Of a DNA stretch of 64,000 nucleotides, positions 32,098-46,900 are shown piece after piece; positions within the stretch are counted from its first letter, which is position 1, and each line of letters opens with the position of its first letter. The DNA is from the human T2T-CHM13v2.0 reference genome, Homo sapiens: assembly GCF_009914755.1 (NCBI RefSeq), contig NC_060926.1. One strand, given 5' to 3'. Both the position numbers and the translations under genes were made by a program. The notes beneath the pieces were generated by a model, which was given only the letters and a program-made list of their open reading frames with translations, was not told where the DNA came from and did not search any database.

Positions 32098-32259
32098 AAA
32101 ATAGAGATGGGGACTTGCTATGTTGCCCAGGCTGGAGTATGGTTGCTGTTCACAGGTGTGATCATAGCACACTGTAGCCTCTAACTCCTGGACTCAGCTG
32201 ATCCTCCCACCTTGGCCTCCAAGTAGTTGGGACTGCAGGTGGGCACCACCGTGCCCCAC
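32098..32259 (-). mobile_element. FAM (fossil Alu monomer)
   Basis: gctgttcacaggtgtgatcatagcacactgtagcctc FAM-type segment. Confidence 0.75.
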
Positions 32260-35200
32260 TCATAATCATTTTTGAATACTAGATTTTTCTCAGGTCCTGA
32301 TGAAATGGTTTTCCTTATGCAAGCAAAGTAAGGTAAACGTTTCATAAAACCAGAACATGATGAAAATAGGGGAGAGTGGGGCTCATGCCTGTTACTGTGA
32401 GTAACTGAATAGTGCCTCTGTCTTCTACATCAGCCTGTAGATAGTTACATATAATTAATCAGGCCAAGGTACTGTGTACTCTGGTCTCAGGAAAAGCATC
32501 TACCAGCGCTGCTGTGACCTTATTTAATCCTCACAACAAACCAATGGGTAGGAATGACTGCTGCACACGTTTTACAGATGATGGAATTGAGGCTCCATGA
32601 GTTGATCAGTTTTCCCTCCTCCCTTTGCAGCAGTTGAGTAGCTGAGATGAGCCATCATAGGGAGCCATGGAGCGCCATGCCCACCCAAGCGTGGCTGCTG
32701 GGTCTTTGTCTCAGTCATTGAGCTTCTAGTTTTCTTTCTGCCACGGTGCTCCCAGGTTTTTGTCATAAATGTCTCAGGGCCATTAGTCACTCTCACCCAC
32801 AAACCTTTTACTCCCTTTTTAAAATTCAACATTTCACCATTATGTTCCCTCTCCTGGAAGCCAGTTATCAGAGCTGGGCATCCACCTGAATAGCAGACCA
32901 TATTTGTATTTTTAAAAAAATTTTTATCCACTGTATGTATAAAAGGTTGCTCAGAGGCTATCAGATAAACTTAAGAACAGGCATTTTAGTCCTGAAGGTC
33001 GCATTTTTTCCCAGTCATTATTTTTATAAATAGTGAAATAAACTCTGAGATAAAGTCCTTTTAATATGGGCTGCACATGTCCCCTCCTTAGCACTTTTGT
33101 CTCCAGACAAAACCTTTTGAACTGGAACCCTTGCCTCATTCAATGCTATTTTCGATTTGATGAACACCTGCTGTGTGCCAGGCACTCCGGAGAACAAAGG
33201 TGGAACAGCCCCTACTTCTGTCTAGTGCAGGAGATGGACATTCAAATGGCTGGCTAACAAGGTTGTAGAGGAAAAAGCAGGTGATTGTGGCTGGGGAGAT
33301 GAGGACAGATTTTGGAGGAAGGAACCCTTGAAAGATGGGGATTTGGAAGGCCCATACCCAGTGAGACAGACTGGGACCCAGAGCTATAACTTACAGAGTG
33401 TGTGTGCCTTCCCACAGAGGAACTGAGTCCTGGGCTCTCTGGCCAGCCTCTTGGGCTCCTGTGACGTTTCTTCAACTTGTCCATCTTCTGGAATTTGAGA
33501 AAACACAAAGTGCTTTTAGGGTTCAGGTCCTGAACTCTGCTCCCTGATTACCAATATGTTCAAATGAGCTTTGGCTTGGTTGGGATTTAACGTAAACAGG
33601 CCAGGCCAAGGAACGGGGGTTGGAGATGAGTGGGACCTCAAAGACCTAAACAGATAGTGCAGCTTGCCCTCAGCCGCAGGCTCTGCACCTCCAGTTCAGT
33701 CCCCCCAGTCTTGACTGCCAGGGCTGGTTTTCTGGTTCCCTGCTAGTGTCCTGCTTGGCCATTCCTGCCTGGTCAGTGGAGGATGCCCAGTCTCTTCTCC
33801 CACTGGCCCATCCCACACTGACTGGCAGGGGGTACCAGGAAAATAGCTGTCTTCCTCTCCTTGGCCCAAGGTACCTGGTTTTTTGCAGGGAAACTTAAGA
33901 GACCCCGGAGATGGCCAAGTTCCTGTTGGTTAAAATGTGGCCCAGGACTAAGGATGGCCCAGAACCCTCTGGGGGCGTCTGTTAACAAGGCATGTCCCTG
34001 AGCCTCATTCCAGACCCCCTGAACCTGATCTCAGGTGGGCCTGGAATTTACCATCTCATTAGCTGTCCCGGTGATTCAGACTGAAAACCTCGGAAGCAGC
34101 CCCACACCTTCATTTTGCATCCAGTGAGTAAACCAGAGCCTGACAGGTGAAGATACTGCCTGTAATGGCCGAGCTGGGCTGAGAGCCCAGGATCACTGCT
34201 AATCCAGAGTTAGTCACTCCACTCAACACTGCTGCCCTGCTCTCTTTCCTCTGACTGTGCAGACCAAAGTCTAGGTCCTGGGCATTCGGCCCTGGCAGTC
34301 AGGCCAGTGGGCTGGCATTACTGTAGAAGAGGTGAATTCAGGAATTGGAAACTGAAGTCTGCAGCTGGCCCCTGGAGGCTGTTTCTCAGTGTTTTCAGCC
34401 TGTGGCTTCCTTGTGAACAATTCTCTCCTCCATCCAGTACCCCTCCGGTAGGCCTAGCTGTCACCCTTAGCCCTGGTCCCAGCCCGTGCCCCAGCCCTGC
34501 ACTCAAGTGCATCTCCATAAACACCCACATCACACTCTCTGACCTCCCTTTGCCGCCATAGGGGTCTCAGGCCACCCCACCCTCCACTCCCTGCATCAAA
34601 AAGTAAGTAAAGATGAATGAGGAACATGTTTGAGCACAGGAAGAGCCCTGAAACCAGCACTGCAGGACCCAAGTTCCAGCCTTGTGTGACTTTGAACAAG
34701 TCACTGACCCTCTCTGGACTGTGCACTTGTCCCTTTGGCTTCCCATTCTGGCTTGGTCTACCCCACCCATAGGCCGCAGGGAAGACAGATGAGAAGAAAA
34801 ATCCACCCCTCCCCACTGGGCTAAGGTGACCTCTGCTTTTGCTTACAATTTCATTCCCAGTACAGTGCTACCCCATGGAAGGTACTCAGTATTTGAATTA
34901 TAGATAAATGTGAATTTAGAGACACAGAAACACTGGTAATCAGGGGAAGCACTTGAGCTGAAAAGGCCCCTCGAGGCTACATTTCCTACCAATGAGTTGC
35001 AGTGAACTCCTTCCCTGAATACTTTCAATAAACCCTACTTTGCACTTGAGGGTCTGATTATAATCAATAAAGCCCTAGAACGTGGTCTTGGCCTCCTCAC
35101 CTGTAAAATGATAAACTAGATAAGATGGTCCCTCCTCCTTTCTCTACCTTTTCTCTGAAACTTTCTCCCACCCATTCCCACTCGTTATCCAGCTGGTATC

Positions 35201-35360
35201 TGCCCTCCTGAGCCCTCTGCCCCTCTGCAGAGGCCCTGCCCACATTTTTCCTCTGTCCGGACTTGGGTATGTCCCCACCTCTTTCCTTGTGACCTTGTGG
35301 GCTGGGAAAAAGGAAAGAAGCTGGATATTCTTTAGTTTCTACCTCCTCCTCTCAACACAG

Positions 35361-35642
35361 GTGGCCTTTTCAATCCTTCCAGCTACCAGTCAGTCCACAA
35401 GCACTTATGGGACACCAGACCTTGCCTGGAGCAGCCTTGGGGAATCAAATAGGAGCCAGTCCCTGCCCTCCAGAAACTGTGTGTCTGGGGGAGAAGATCA
35501 CACACAGGAAAATCAAGTGGTGACAAGAGGTGCCATGAGACAGTATATAGTTCATTTCCCCACCGCAAGAGTAAAGGGCTTAGGGTCAGAGGCTTTGGTG
35601 CCTGAGTTCTGACTCTGCCAATTATTAGCATTGGGACCTCAG
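35361..35642 (+). ncRNA. Candidate internal exon of a + strand lncRNA
   Basis: Acceptors ctcctcctctcaacacag| (35361) and ccttttcaatccttccag| (35383); perfect donor CAG|GTAAGT at 35642; L2/MIR-like content and no convincing coding frame. Confidence 0.4.
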
Positions 35643-35967
35643 GTAAGTTACAGATCTGAGCTGTAGTATCTTGTCTATAAAGTGGGGAAAACAGGGACCC
35701 TCGTAAAATACAAAATCACCATTAGACCAACATTATAGTAATAACTACTGCAGGCAAGATCTGCTGGTGGATCTAAATTCAGTGGACAGGAGTTAGAGAA
35801 GAAATAGGCTATTCATAGTCTCAAAGTATCTCCCTCAGGGTGCTTACCAGTTATGAAAAGAAAAACAATAATTTTACTATGGAGAATCCTACCAGATACC
35901 ACCTTAATCAAGTGATCAAGGTTGACACAACCTGTAGTAAGACAAATCAGCATGAGGTACCTGCTAG

Positions 35968-36817
35968 TGATAGGGACAGGAGGCAGAGAAATTCTAGGCA
36001 GAAAAGAGCGGGTCCCAGCGAAAACCCCACCCTCAAGCTGAAAAGCCTGAAACCATGGCCCAAAGTGAGAATTTCTATTCCTGTTTTCCCACTCAAATGT
36101 TGCGTTTTCCTAAATCACCCATGGCCCTGCCCCACCCCATCCTGTGCCTATAAAAACTCCAGACTCAGCTGGCAGAGAGGAGAAGCAGCGGGACATCAGG
36201 ACTATGGCTGGACGTCAGAGAGAAGCAGCTTAACTTCAGAGGTGCAGCTTGATGGTGTAACTTAGGAGAAGAATCTGACTGGAGACGGCCAGACTTCAGA
36301 AGAAGATGACCTACCCCCCCATCCCCTTTTCAGCTTCCCTTCCCGCTGAGAGCCACTTTTATTGGCAATAAAATCCTCCACATTTACCACCTTTCAATGT
36401 GTTCATGTGACTTCATTATTCCTGGACACCGGACAAGAGCTCAGGGGCCACAGGTGTGGATATGAAAGGCTGCCACACTGGCCCTTTGCCCTCACTGGTG
36501 GAGGGCAGCTGCCCCATGCGACGAGGTAAAGGGCCCACTGAGCTGTTAAAACTTAAGCTGTCTGTGGACAGCAGAGCTAAAAGAGCACTGTAACACGCCC
36601 TGTGGGGCTTTTGGGGGTCACAGCCCCCATCTGGATGCTGCTGCAGGGCCCTCCTACTGGCACCAAAGCAGCCGGCAGTTCCAGCACTCGTGCACTCCAG
36701 TTCCCACCTCATTCACTTGTGTGCTACCTCCTGTGAGGAGTTGAGCGCAGCGGGCTGAGTAAACAAGGCACCCCTGTCACGAGTCCCACAGAGGGGTCAG
36801 GGAAGTATCCTGCTTCA
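35968..36817 (+). mobile_element. ERV1 solo LTR (LTR1/LTR27/LTR28 group)
   Basis: tgatagggacaggaggcag...cctgcttca; tataaaa and aataaa present; same family as 4164-4990. Confidence 0.85.
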
Positions 36818-36893
36818 TCAGTATGACATACCGAGAAAGACAAAACTTCACTTCTGTGGTATTCTTGCCAAAAGTGCATAACCTCCATCTAAC

Positions 36894-37609
36894 TGTAACT
36901 GCCCAATGGGTTCACCTTGCCTGCTGCCTAGACAGAGCCGATTTATCAAGACAGGGAAATTGCAACAGAGAAAGTGTAATTCACGTACAGCCGGCTGTGT
37001 GGGAGACTGGAGTTTTATTATTATTCAAATCCGTCTCCCGGAGCATTCAGGGATCGGAGTTTTTAAGGATAATTTGGTGGACAGGGGTCAGTGAGTCAGG
37101 AGTGTTAATTGGTTGGGCCAGAGATGAAATCATAGGGAGTTGAAGCTATCTTCTTGTGCTGAGTCAGTTCCTGAGTGGGGTAGATCAAGTGAGGCAGTTT
37201 ATTGATCTGGGTGGTGCCAGCTGATCCATCAAGGGCAGGGTCTGCAAATATCTCAAGCGCTGATCTTGGGTTTTACAATAGATATGTTATCCCTATGAAC
37301 AATTTGGGGAGGGTCAGAATCTTGTAGCCTCCAGCTGAATGACTCTTAAGCCATAATTTCTAATCTTTTGGCTAATTTGTTAGTCCTACAAGGGCAGTCT
37401 AGTCCCCAGGCAGGGAGGGGATTTGTTTTGGGAAAGGGCTGTTATGGGTCTTTGTTTCAGAGTTAAACTATAAACTAAGTTCCTCCCAAAGTCGGTGAGG
37501 CCTACAATTAGGAATGAACAAGGACAGCTTGGAAGTGAGAAGCAAGATGGAGTTGGTTAGGTCAGATCTCTTTCACCGCCTCAGTTATAATTTTGCAATG
37601 GCAGTTTCA
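36894..37609 (-). mobile_element. LTR8 solo LTR
   Basis: reverse complement starts tgaaactgccattgcaaaattataactgagg; near-TSD taac/taat. Confidence 0.85.
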
Positions 37610-37815
37610 TAATCATGAGAAAAACATCAGAAATTTGTGGAGGTATGAGTTAATAGTATTGTACCAATATTAATTTCCTGGTGTTGATAATTGTGCTATA
37701 TTTGTGTAAGATGTTAACATTAGGGGAATGGTACACAGAACTCTGTACTATTTTTCCAACTTTTCTGTAAGTCTAAAACTTCAAAATGAAAAGTTTCTTA
37801 AAAAGTGACTCAGCA

Positions 37816-37932
37816 ACCGGGTACAGTAGCTCAGGCCTGTAATCCTAGCACTTTGGGAGGCTGAGACAGGAGGATCGCTTGAGCTCAGGATGGGCAGCAT
37901 AGTGAGACCTTGTCTATATTAAAAAAAAAAAA
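37816..37932 (+). mobile_element. Alu monomer (FLAM)
   Basis: single arm with A tail. Confidence 0.85.
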
Positions 37933-40900
37933 GACTCAGCATTTTGTGAGGAGTAAAAGAGATGACACATATAAATAAGGTGCTTAGCACTGACACAGTA
38001 AGTGCTCAAGAAGTTTGTTTTAAAGCCCCATAAATGCTCAAGAAGTTTGACCCTCTATTATTTTTGTTATTTGACTTGAAAAATAGTAAGGGTGGCAGGT
38101 AAAGTAAAGGGCAATCCATTCAAAAACAGGAGGACTAGCAACAGCAGATACTTAGATGTGGAAAGGTACCCGGTACGTTTAGGTGGGTAGGGGGCGTAAG
38201 TTGACCAGACAGGCAAAAGCAGAAGTCTTTTAATTTTTTTAAAATAGGGAAATAATGGGACATGAGGCAGGAAAGGCCTCAAATGCCAAACTGGAGAGCC
38301 AGTTTTAGTTGGAGAAAGGCAGTAGGAAGTACCTTTGTTCAAAAGGGACAACAGAACTCAAGAAGTTCCTGCCTTTCAGAAAGGCCCAAATCAGGAGGGG
38401 TCCCCACTACCCTGCAGAGCTCCCTTGTCATTGATAAAGGACAAAGGATCTGAGAGAGAGGAAACCTTCTGAAAAGTTTTCTAGGAGTTTGGAATGTAAA
38501 GTTCTTCACCAATGAGTGAAGGATAAACTCCAGCCAGTAGGGTTTGATTCTGCAGGGTGGTAGTGGTGGGGGAGGGGGTCTGTGGCTGGTGCTCTGGGGT
38601 GGGAGGCAGTGAAAGCGGAACCTTCCTGCAGGGGCCCCTGGAAGCTGAGCATCCTTGGTGGAAATCCAAGCTCAGCCTGCTTCCTGCCTGCTGGTCCCAG
38701 ACGCTGAAGCGCAAAAGGGAGAAAATGGATGTTGGGAAACAGTCCAGGAACATTCAACGTCGGCTGGGAAGTTAAACCAAATGCGATGTGAGTGTGACTT
38801 GCTATGTTCAGAGAGGTGGGAGGCCTACTTGGCCACATGAGGAGACAGAAAATGAGGCTAAGTTCAAGCTCACCATATGGGGGAGAGGGACTGGTCCTGT
38901 CTGGAACTTTCTGGATGTGCAGATGCCACCCTCCCTGAGCTGGCACACTTGGCCCTGGAAGCCTTAGGAAGCAGCTTATTTGAGGGTTCCACCTTTCCAG
39001 GCAGAATAGACCAACTGGGGGACCTGGGACTGCAGCCTGGCAGGGCTTTGCGCTGACCCCGCCCATCATCTCCCCTCTGAGAGGGGGAGCTACAGCAGTA
39101 GAAGGTCAAAGCAAGTGGGACCTGAATTTGACTTGCTATGTTTGGTGGAAGGTGTGGGTGGCTCAACTGCTCAGCTGCATGCGGGGCCATGGAGAGTGTT
39201 TCGTCCAACATTCTCAGTCCTGGCTGCATATTGGCATCACCTGGGGACTCCTTTTTCGAAACACTAATTCCATGGCCCCGAGCCCTTAGACATTCCATTT
39301 TATTTTATTTATTTATTTATTTGAGATGGAGTCTCGCTCTGTTGCCCAGGTTAATAGGTTCCAGGTGAGACCCAGGAATCAGTGGTTTGGTTTTTCTTTT
39401 TTTTAAGCTTTTTATTCTGAAAAACAGGGAATGGAATGACCCCACCCTCTTACCCCCAATTTACGTATTATCCCATTTAAACAATTTCAACACTTAGCCA
39501 GTCCTGTTGCAGCATTTCCCCCCGCCCACGCCTCCCCACCCCTGCACCTGCCCCTTGTTTACTTTGAAGCTATCACAGACATTCCCTGCCCATGATTGCA
39601 GGATCCCCAGGTGGTTCTCTTGTGCAGACAGGATTGAGACCCACGGATCTAGTCCAATCCCTTCATTGTGTAGATAAGCAAACTGCAGCCCAGAAAGGAG
39701 AAAGGACTTGCGAAAGTCCCACAAAAAGTCCCTTCCTACTTTAACATTCGATGAACATGTGAACTTGGAAGCACTATAGAGACTTCTGAAGTGTCTTTGT
39801 CAAAACACTTCTGGGAAAGTTCACCCAGGAGCCAAGGCCTCATAGAGATAGAGTGGGCTCTGCCTCAGGTGCCAACTGAGCGCTTGTCTCTTCTGGTTCA
39901 GTCCTGCTTTGTTCTGCTTAGTCTCATTGAAAGACTGAGCAGTAATGACCCTGTTTGAATCCTCCCAAACTGCGTGTCCCTTTGGTTGAAAGTCAGCGGC
40001 TCTGTTTTCTGGCTGCAGGGCCAGGTGGAGCTGTGATGATTCAGGGCTGGGAAAGTCAGGGTTTCTGGCCTAAGGAGCTCCTCTAAGCTCCAGAGACATG
40101 GAGGCCAAGTAGTCTCAGAGGTTCACACAGTCTGCAAAGGCCAGGTGGCAGGGCCTGGGGTGGTGGGTGAGCTTCCCTGCAGGAGCATGTGGGCATGCCA
40201 TCTCTCCTTTTTTTTTTTTTTTTTCTAATCAGAAAACAGATGCGAATTGTGAAACCAAGTGTTTGTTGACTCAGGACTCAGGACGTCTTTCAGAGGAAGC
40301 AAATCCTCGGGGTACTCAGCATGCCCTCTGCTGGGTCTGGTTAGGAAGGCTTGGGGTTGAGGAGTTGTTAGTGGTATAACAGTAGCCCCAGAGTTTGATG
40401 TGGCTTTGGCAAATGTGCAGGGGGCTGGAGTGATTCCCTTTCCCTCCTCTAGGAAAGCCCCTTTCCACTTCACCCCTGCTGGGTGAGCCCTGTCCTGGTG
40501 GTCTTCCACGTGACTCTACAGAGGCAGCCAGCAGCCTTACTGGCTGGCTCTTAAAGAGGCTGCGGTTTGGCCCAGGGCTGAGCAAAGAGAGAAGGCCGTG
40601 TGTTCTCTAGCCTCAGGAGAGCTGGGGGCAGGGTATGCCAGCACATCCCTGGACTAGCCTACACCCTGTCAGGTTTTCAAAGCATGGAAAAGACCCTAAA
40701 AATTAGAAGATTGGGACCCCACATCTTCGTTTGACATTTAGCCTGAAGTCCAAGGGACAGTCATCTTTGGCCCCTTAAAATATCAGTGACTTCCAGTGGA
40801 ATTACAGTTGGGGTCCTGACTTGAGCTGTTGATGTTTTTGTCACATCTACGTTTAACCTCTAGATTGCTAGATAGAACTGTGTGTATGTGGGTGCATGTG

Positions 40901-43900
40901 GGTGTTGGGGGAGAGGGTTGTCACAGTGGACTGAGTGTTCACCACAGAGAGAACTTGGAGACACAGGGGAGAACCAAAGAGTAAAGTCCCAGACTGCAAG
41001 ACCCTTATGGTTCAGCTGATAAGCAGACAGTCCCATATATGTGCAAGAAACCAAGGATGCTTGTATTTGTGTTTGCCAGCAAGGCCGATTCAGGGGGCTG
41101 AAGCCCATCAAGTGTGGCTGTCAGAGAACTGGGGGATGGCTCAGAGGTGGGAGGGGACTAGCTAGAGGCATGGTAGCTAGAGCTAGCAGAGTTTGACAGA
41201 GCCAAGTGTTGTCCTTGGAACAAGAACCAAAGGTAACCTAGAAGCCCACATACCCCATTTCTGAATGCAGACCATGGGGTCAATTAGGGACTATGTCATG
41301 TCAGGCCCAGCAATGGCAGCCACCCACCTCTTTTACCCTCTGTCATTGCATCCCCAGATGGCCAAGCCAAACAATACCTTTACTGTTCCAGGAAATGTAC
41401 AAATGCATTTGATGATATTTCAGGTACACATTTAATTTTTAGTTAGCATAAATGTGTACACTATACAGGCAACACTTAGTACAGAAGAAGGTACATACCT
41501 AAATTGGCTAGTGGCATATTCCAACCTCAGGTTCAGGCCAAATAGAACTGGTTGGGCTTGTGGAGATTGCTAACCTCTTCCCTCAAAGAGGACCCAGGAT
41601 GGGATCAGGGTGGGATGGGACATGTTATGCAAGGCTGGGAGGTCACCTGACCCCGTCACATGTGCGATCTTGGGGAAGTACAAACTTTGCTGAGACTTTT
41701 TACCTTCATTTTCAAACTGCATGGGCTCATTTAGCTTCTTGCCAAGATCTTTTCAGCTAATTCTTTTCTTTTTTCTTTAATTAAAAATCCAGAGATTGAA
41801 TTGCCCTAGAAAATGCAAACATTCAATGGTGTTGCCAAATTAGGATTTCTTCTCCTCACTTTCAGAGCTCTTTCCAAGGAATTTTATTTAAAGAAAACAA
41901 ACATTTACAGTTGTTGGTTCATCAGTCTGCCTGTTGCCTGTTGCCAGGTGTTGGGAGGCAAACAGCAGTTTGAAGACTATCTGGCTGTTCTTCTGAGTAT
42001 AGTTGCTGAGGTCAGGAAGATAGAAGGACAGAAGGAGGCACATTCTTGGCTCCTGAGCATAGGAAAGTGTGCAAGGAGGCCCAGGTGGCTTTTCTGTTGG
42101 CTGACACTTTGCAGTCTTTGAGAAGACGCAGTGTCTGGTGCTCTAGAAGCAGGCTGTCTCCTGGCCATTGGCTGCCTGGGCAGCCTGGGTCCTGCTGGCT
42201 GGCTGCAAGTTTGTCTCAGGTTGTCTGATCTCTTTCCTTTCCGCAGTCCCTGAGAGAGTCCATCCCCACTCCAGTCCCAGGGCCTCTGCCTTTGTATCCC
42301 CATGTTCCCCGGGCCTTGATCCACATGTCCAGCATGTCCTCTCATTTTCCTGGCCCCTAAAGAAAAGTTCACCCCTGAGCCAGCAAGCTGCTCCTTCCTT
42401 CAGGTCTTGGAGCTCTAGGAAGACACCCATTAGTTGGTTTGTTTCCCTTTGGCATAATTACATCTTGATTAGTCTGCTTCCTCCACTACACTGATTAATC
42501 CTTGGCTGGGGGCACCTTTCCTCTGTATTATGAGCACTTCTCTCTCAATCTCTCCACCCCTAGGGTATAATTCCAAGGTCCTAAAGTTCCTCTTCCAAAT
42601 CACAGGATCCTGGGGCTGGCTCTGGAGAGAGTTAAATGGGACATTGCACTCAAAGACAAATCTACTGTAAGGTTCTGATCTGAATCCCGAAATCTACATG
42701 TTCCCATGCAGAGTTCTCAATTCCTGCTTCCTCAATTCCCCTGCCTGGTGTGGCTGCCCTCAGAGGGATAAACATTCATGAGCAGATTTGGGCTCATGCC
42801 ACAGCCTGTAGTATTTCAGGTGAGTGCAGTGTCGATAGATGAACATTTTCACAAGTGCAGCTGCCTTCAGCTGGATGACAACCAGCCCTCACCTCCTTGG
42901 CCAGAGGCCCAGGCACACAGGGTCCTCAGTCACTCACTGTGGCTGGCCCACCACTGGGGGTGGGGTCCACCTTGAAGCAGCCTGCACAATCCCACCAGCT
43001 TCTCTTCACCTTCTTGCATTCTCCCAGCAAGACCACAGCCCCTCACAAAGAGCTCCCAAAGAACGGTCCAGGGGAAAATTCAGCTGTCTTTATTATCTCC
43101 TGTTCTCCAAATGGCTCATGGGAAAGAGATCAGGTCAACTTCATTTTCTCTCAGGAGGAACACTGCAACCAACACCCTTATTTAACTTAACCACTCCAGT
43201 TCCAAGGGCTGCTTACTTGAGCCTGTCTTGAGAACAGAGCCTTTGGAGCAAGCAAAGCCTGTTTGCAAACAGTGAGATGTAGGTCCTCTCCTGGGGGCTA
43301 CAGGCTGCTGCTTCTCAAAAAGAGGCCACACCAAGGGAATGTGAGCAATGGAGAGGAAGCTCAGCCTCTCTCCAGATGCAGGGTCTGGACTGCGGGTTCC
43401 AGGTAGTGCCCTTGGGCCCCGTGACCTGAGGAGCTGAGAGAGGCCCACGAGCAATCAGCAAGTCACTAGTCTTTATTAGGCACTTAATGCGTGTGGAGGG
43501 TTGGCAGAAAGGCTGTAGGTAGGGAAGCTAAAATGTCCTGGCCCGTCTTGGGAAGCTTAGAACCAATTGGGGAAGTAAGACCAACACAGAGAGCAGTTAG
43601 AGTACATAAAGGCCACTAGCTCACTCTGTGACTCTGGGCAATGCTCTTAACCTCTCAGAGGCTCCATTAACTCGTCTGTAAGTTGGGGATAATATTAACA
43701 ATAGCCAAGCCAAGGCTGGACCAATCAGGTGAATTTTTTGAGCTTCCTTCTGTTTCTAAGACTGATGACTCTGTGAGATCTACACTGTACTTCAAACTTC
43801 TTGTTCAAAGGAGTTCAAAGAACGGTAGCACTTGTGGGCTAAAATGGTCAGAGATTGCTTCCTAGATTGGGAACTCCTTGCAGATAGGGCTGGGGAGTTT

Positions 43901-46900
43901 AATCTTTGTGTCTCAATCCCTAGTCCACTCCTGGAATTCAGCAGGTGCTCAATAAATGCACCTATCCTGAAGGAGTGCTGGGGAGGGGGAGGAGCTTGGT
44001 CTGAATCTTGAAAGATTAGAATTTGTCCGGTGCCTAGGAGAAGGGAGGGCCTTTTGGGCAGGGGGCAAGGCTGAGGCTGGAAGCCAGGGTAGAAACATGG
44101 CATGGATAATGGCTGTGGGCTGGTGTGCCTTGCTGTTTGTTGACAACTTCTGCACAGCAAAGCATTTAATGTCTGAACTCTTCTCCACGGGCTGCTAACT
44201 ATAGTCGTCTATGGTGTTTCAGCCCATCTGGCAGAGGGACTCTTGGCCCCATTAACGTGCCTTTATCTATATTGGAAGAGCAAGAACTCAGATGCGGAGT
44301 CAAGGACCCTGGCTGGAGTGGGGAGCAGCCCAAAGCCCCAGGAGCAGTAGTGCTGAAGCCAACCTTGGCGGGGTTTCAGCCTCGGCAGCAGGTTGCTGAG
44401 AGTGTGGGTGGGAATACAGATATTTTGTTCAGGGAAGTGGGAGGAATTTCGAGTTCTTTTTGGAAAATAGGATAGGTTAGCTCATTTATTACTCATCCAG
44501 TCTTTTAAAGGATAACACAGACTTAATGCTAATCTAAAAGTATTTTCCAACAAAAGCTCTGAAATGTGAGAGGGACACAAGAAATGTCACAAACAGCTCC
44601 CTTTCCAGCAAAAGAAGGGTGGGCATGAAGAACCATAGCAGAGTCTTGGGGCTTTCCCTGCAGCCTGGAATGAGAAGCCCTTCATGGTCCATGTCTATTT
44701 GATTACTGCAGACTCTAGGCTTTCCATGCACCACTGAGGAAGTAAAATCGAGGGAGAGAAGGATATTTATTTATTGGCTCTGGCTGGCGTCTCCCCTGTC
44801 TGTCTCCCAAATGAAGCTATTTGGGCTCACTCCAAACCTTAGGGAGTGGACAGAGGCTAGTCTGCTGGGGATGGAAGTTTTGCTGGCTGTCATTCCACTC
44901 TCCCAACTACCCAAAATCCAAAACAGATGTATTTCCCAACCTTCCTGATCCAGACTCAGATGCTCAAGGTCAAGGGGCTCTCCTCAGTATTATTTCTGGT
45001 CTCATGGACACTGGGCAATGGGGTGGTAGATTGCTTTTGGGTTCTCCCAGGTTTTAATGTGTCTCTCAACCAATGCCTAGAACTATGTTAGGCATAGTTG
45101 GGAGATAAAGAAAATGCACAAGACAGAATTGCTTGCCTCAGGAAGCACATGGAGGTTTAAGATATCAAGATCAACACATTCAAAACAATTAGAAGTAGAC
45201 TGTGTCAAGGTGGCAATTAAAGGCAACTTTCTTAGAGCTCAGCCGTGGCTGGCCTATTTTGGAGACACAACACACACAGAAAGAAACTCAGGAGTGTCTG
45301 GGCTGAGAGATTCTTCAGGAGGCCAGAACTGCCTCTAGCAATAAGAACCAAACTCAGAGATGGGAAAACTTCAGGATGCAGGAATCACAAAAATCAGGTG
45401 GCTTCTCACCTAGAGATGATTTACTATCCCCTCCCTCTCCTCCATTAAGAGAATGTTAAATAATAGCCAACATTTATTATGCATCAGGCACTGTTCTAAT
45501 TGCTTTAACAGAAGTAGGTCAATTGATCCTCTGAATACCAGTGAAGTAGGTACTATTATTAACCCCTATTTCTGGATAAGAAAACTAAGGTACTGGGAGG
45601 ACCCAACCACACCGCCAAAACCCAGAATCCAGAGTAAGGTTCCTGATCCCAGGCTCAGCTGCTCCCTGTGGGCCAAGCTGAGGATCTGGCCAGGACTTAG
45701 GAGGTGAGAACATAGTAGAGACTGCAGCAGAGATGGTAGCCTGAAGCAGAGATGGCCCCTTGGAAGTTCTGGAGGGATGCAGAGATGTCCTTTCCTGGGA
45801 AAGTAGCCAAATCAAAGAACTCCCACCCAAGGCCTCTTGGCTGCAGAACCAGCTTTACCCCTCTCCTCCCCACTCCCTGCTTCAGCTGCTGGGAGTGAGG
45901 GAAGCAGCAGAGGATTGCAGCTTCCCCAGGCTTCTTGCTGATGAAATATCTCATCTACACACTTTCCTACTGTTTACACATCATGGTGAGCAGGTGGGCA
46001 GACCACAGCCATGCAGATTTTCAGACAGCCTCAGGAATACCAGGACTGGGGCTGGTAGGCAGAGACTGTATCAGCAAAGGACATGTTGGTGGAACTAATG
46101 ACCTGGTAATTTCCACAAGGGATCACAGAGGGATGCTGGACAATGTGGCAGAGACTCTGCTTGCTTTGGAAACTTTCAGAAGAGAAAGGAGGAAGTAGGT
46201 CTTCTTGGAGGATCCCAAGCTTGAACTGATCATTGCAGAAAGAGTGGAAGTAAGAGGGGCTGGGTGTGAGTCTCCTGAACAGAGACGAGAAGGACTCTGC
46301 ACAGCCACAGGACCATCCATGCAGGGACCCAGGGAGGCCACACTGAGGATGGGGAGGGGCCAGAGTGGTGGGGTGGAGAGGCCTTCACTGTGAGCTTCAG
46401 GAGGGCCTGCTTGTCAGGCTTTGGGAGTCCTCAAAGAGCCTAAGAAGGGAGCTGCTGCGTTCTCCACAAACCCTTATTTTACTTGTTTTGAATAAAACTG
46501 AAGCAAAAAAGGAGAGAGAATCCTGATTTTCCTTTTATAAGAGACAAAACTTCCAAAATAGTTCAGTTTTGCAGTCCAGTTGCTTTGATAGGAAAATTGT
46601 GTGGAGAGGGATATTTAAATGAGATCTATATCTGTGGTGAGAATAGCTCCATTTCCCTGAAATGTTTGCAGCCACAGCATTCCATGTCCACAGGCTTGCA
46701 AATCTCTCCCAAAGCTCAGCCCACAACCTGCTCTTCAACCCACGCTGAAGCTGCGTCTGTCTCCAGAACAAATAATACTATGTCTTTCTTCAGGCCATGA
46801 AAGCACGGTAACGTTCCTACATAAAATAGCAGCAGCTAAGGGGTCTTTGTTGAATTAAACAGGAGGCAGCAAATTCAGGACTAGATAATGAACACCTACT

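Larger units (their letters stand above)
35705..37803 (+). mobile_element. Old L1 (L1MC/L1MD-type) 3' fragment interrupted by two LTRs
   Basis: caccttaatcaagtgatcaagg...; gaactctgtactatttttccaacttttctgtaagtctaaa. Confidence 0.7.
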
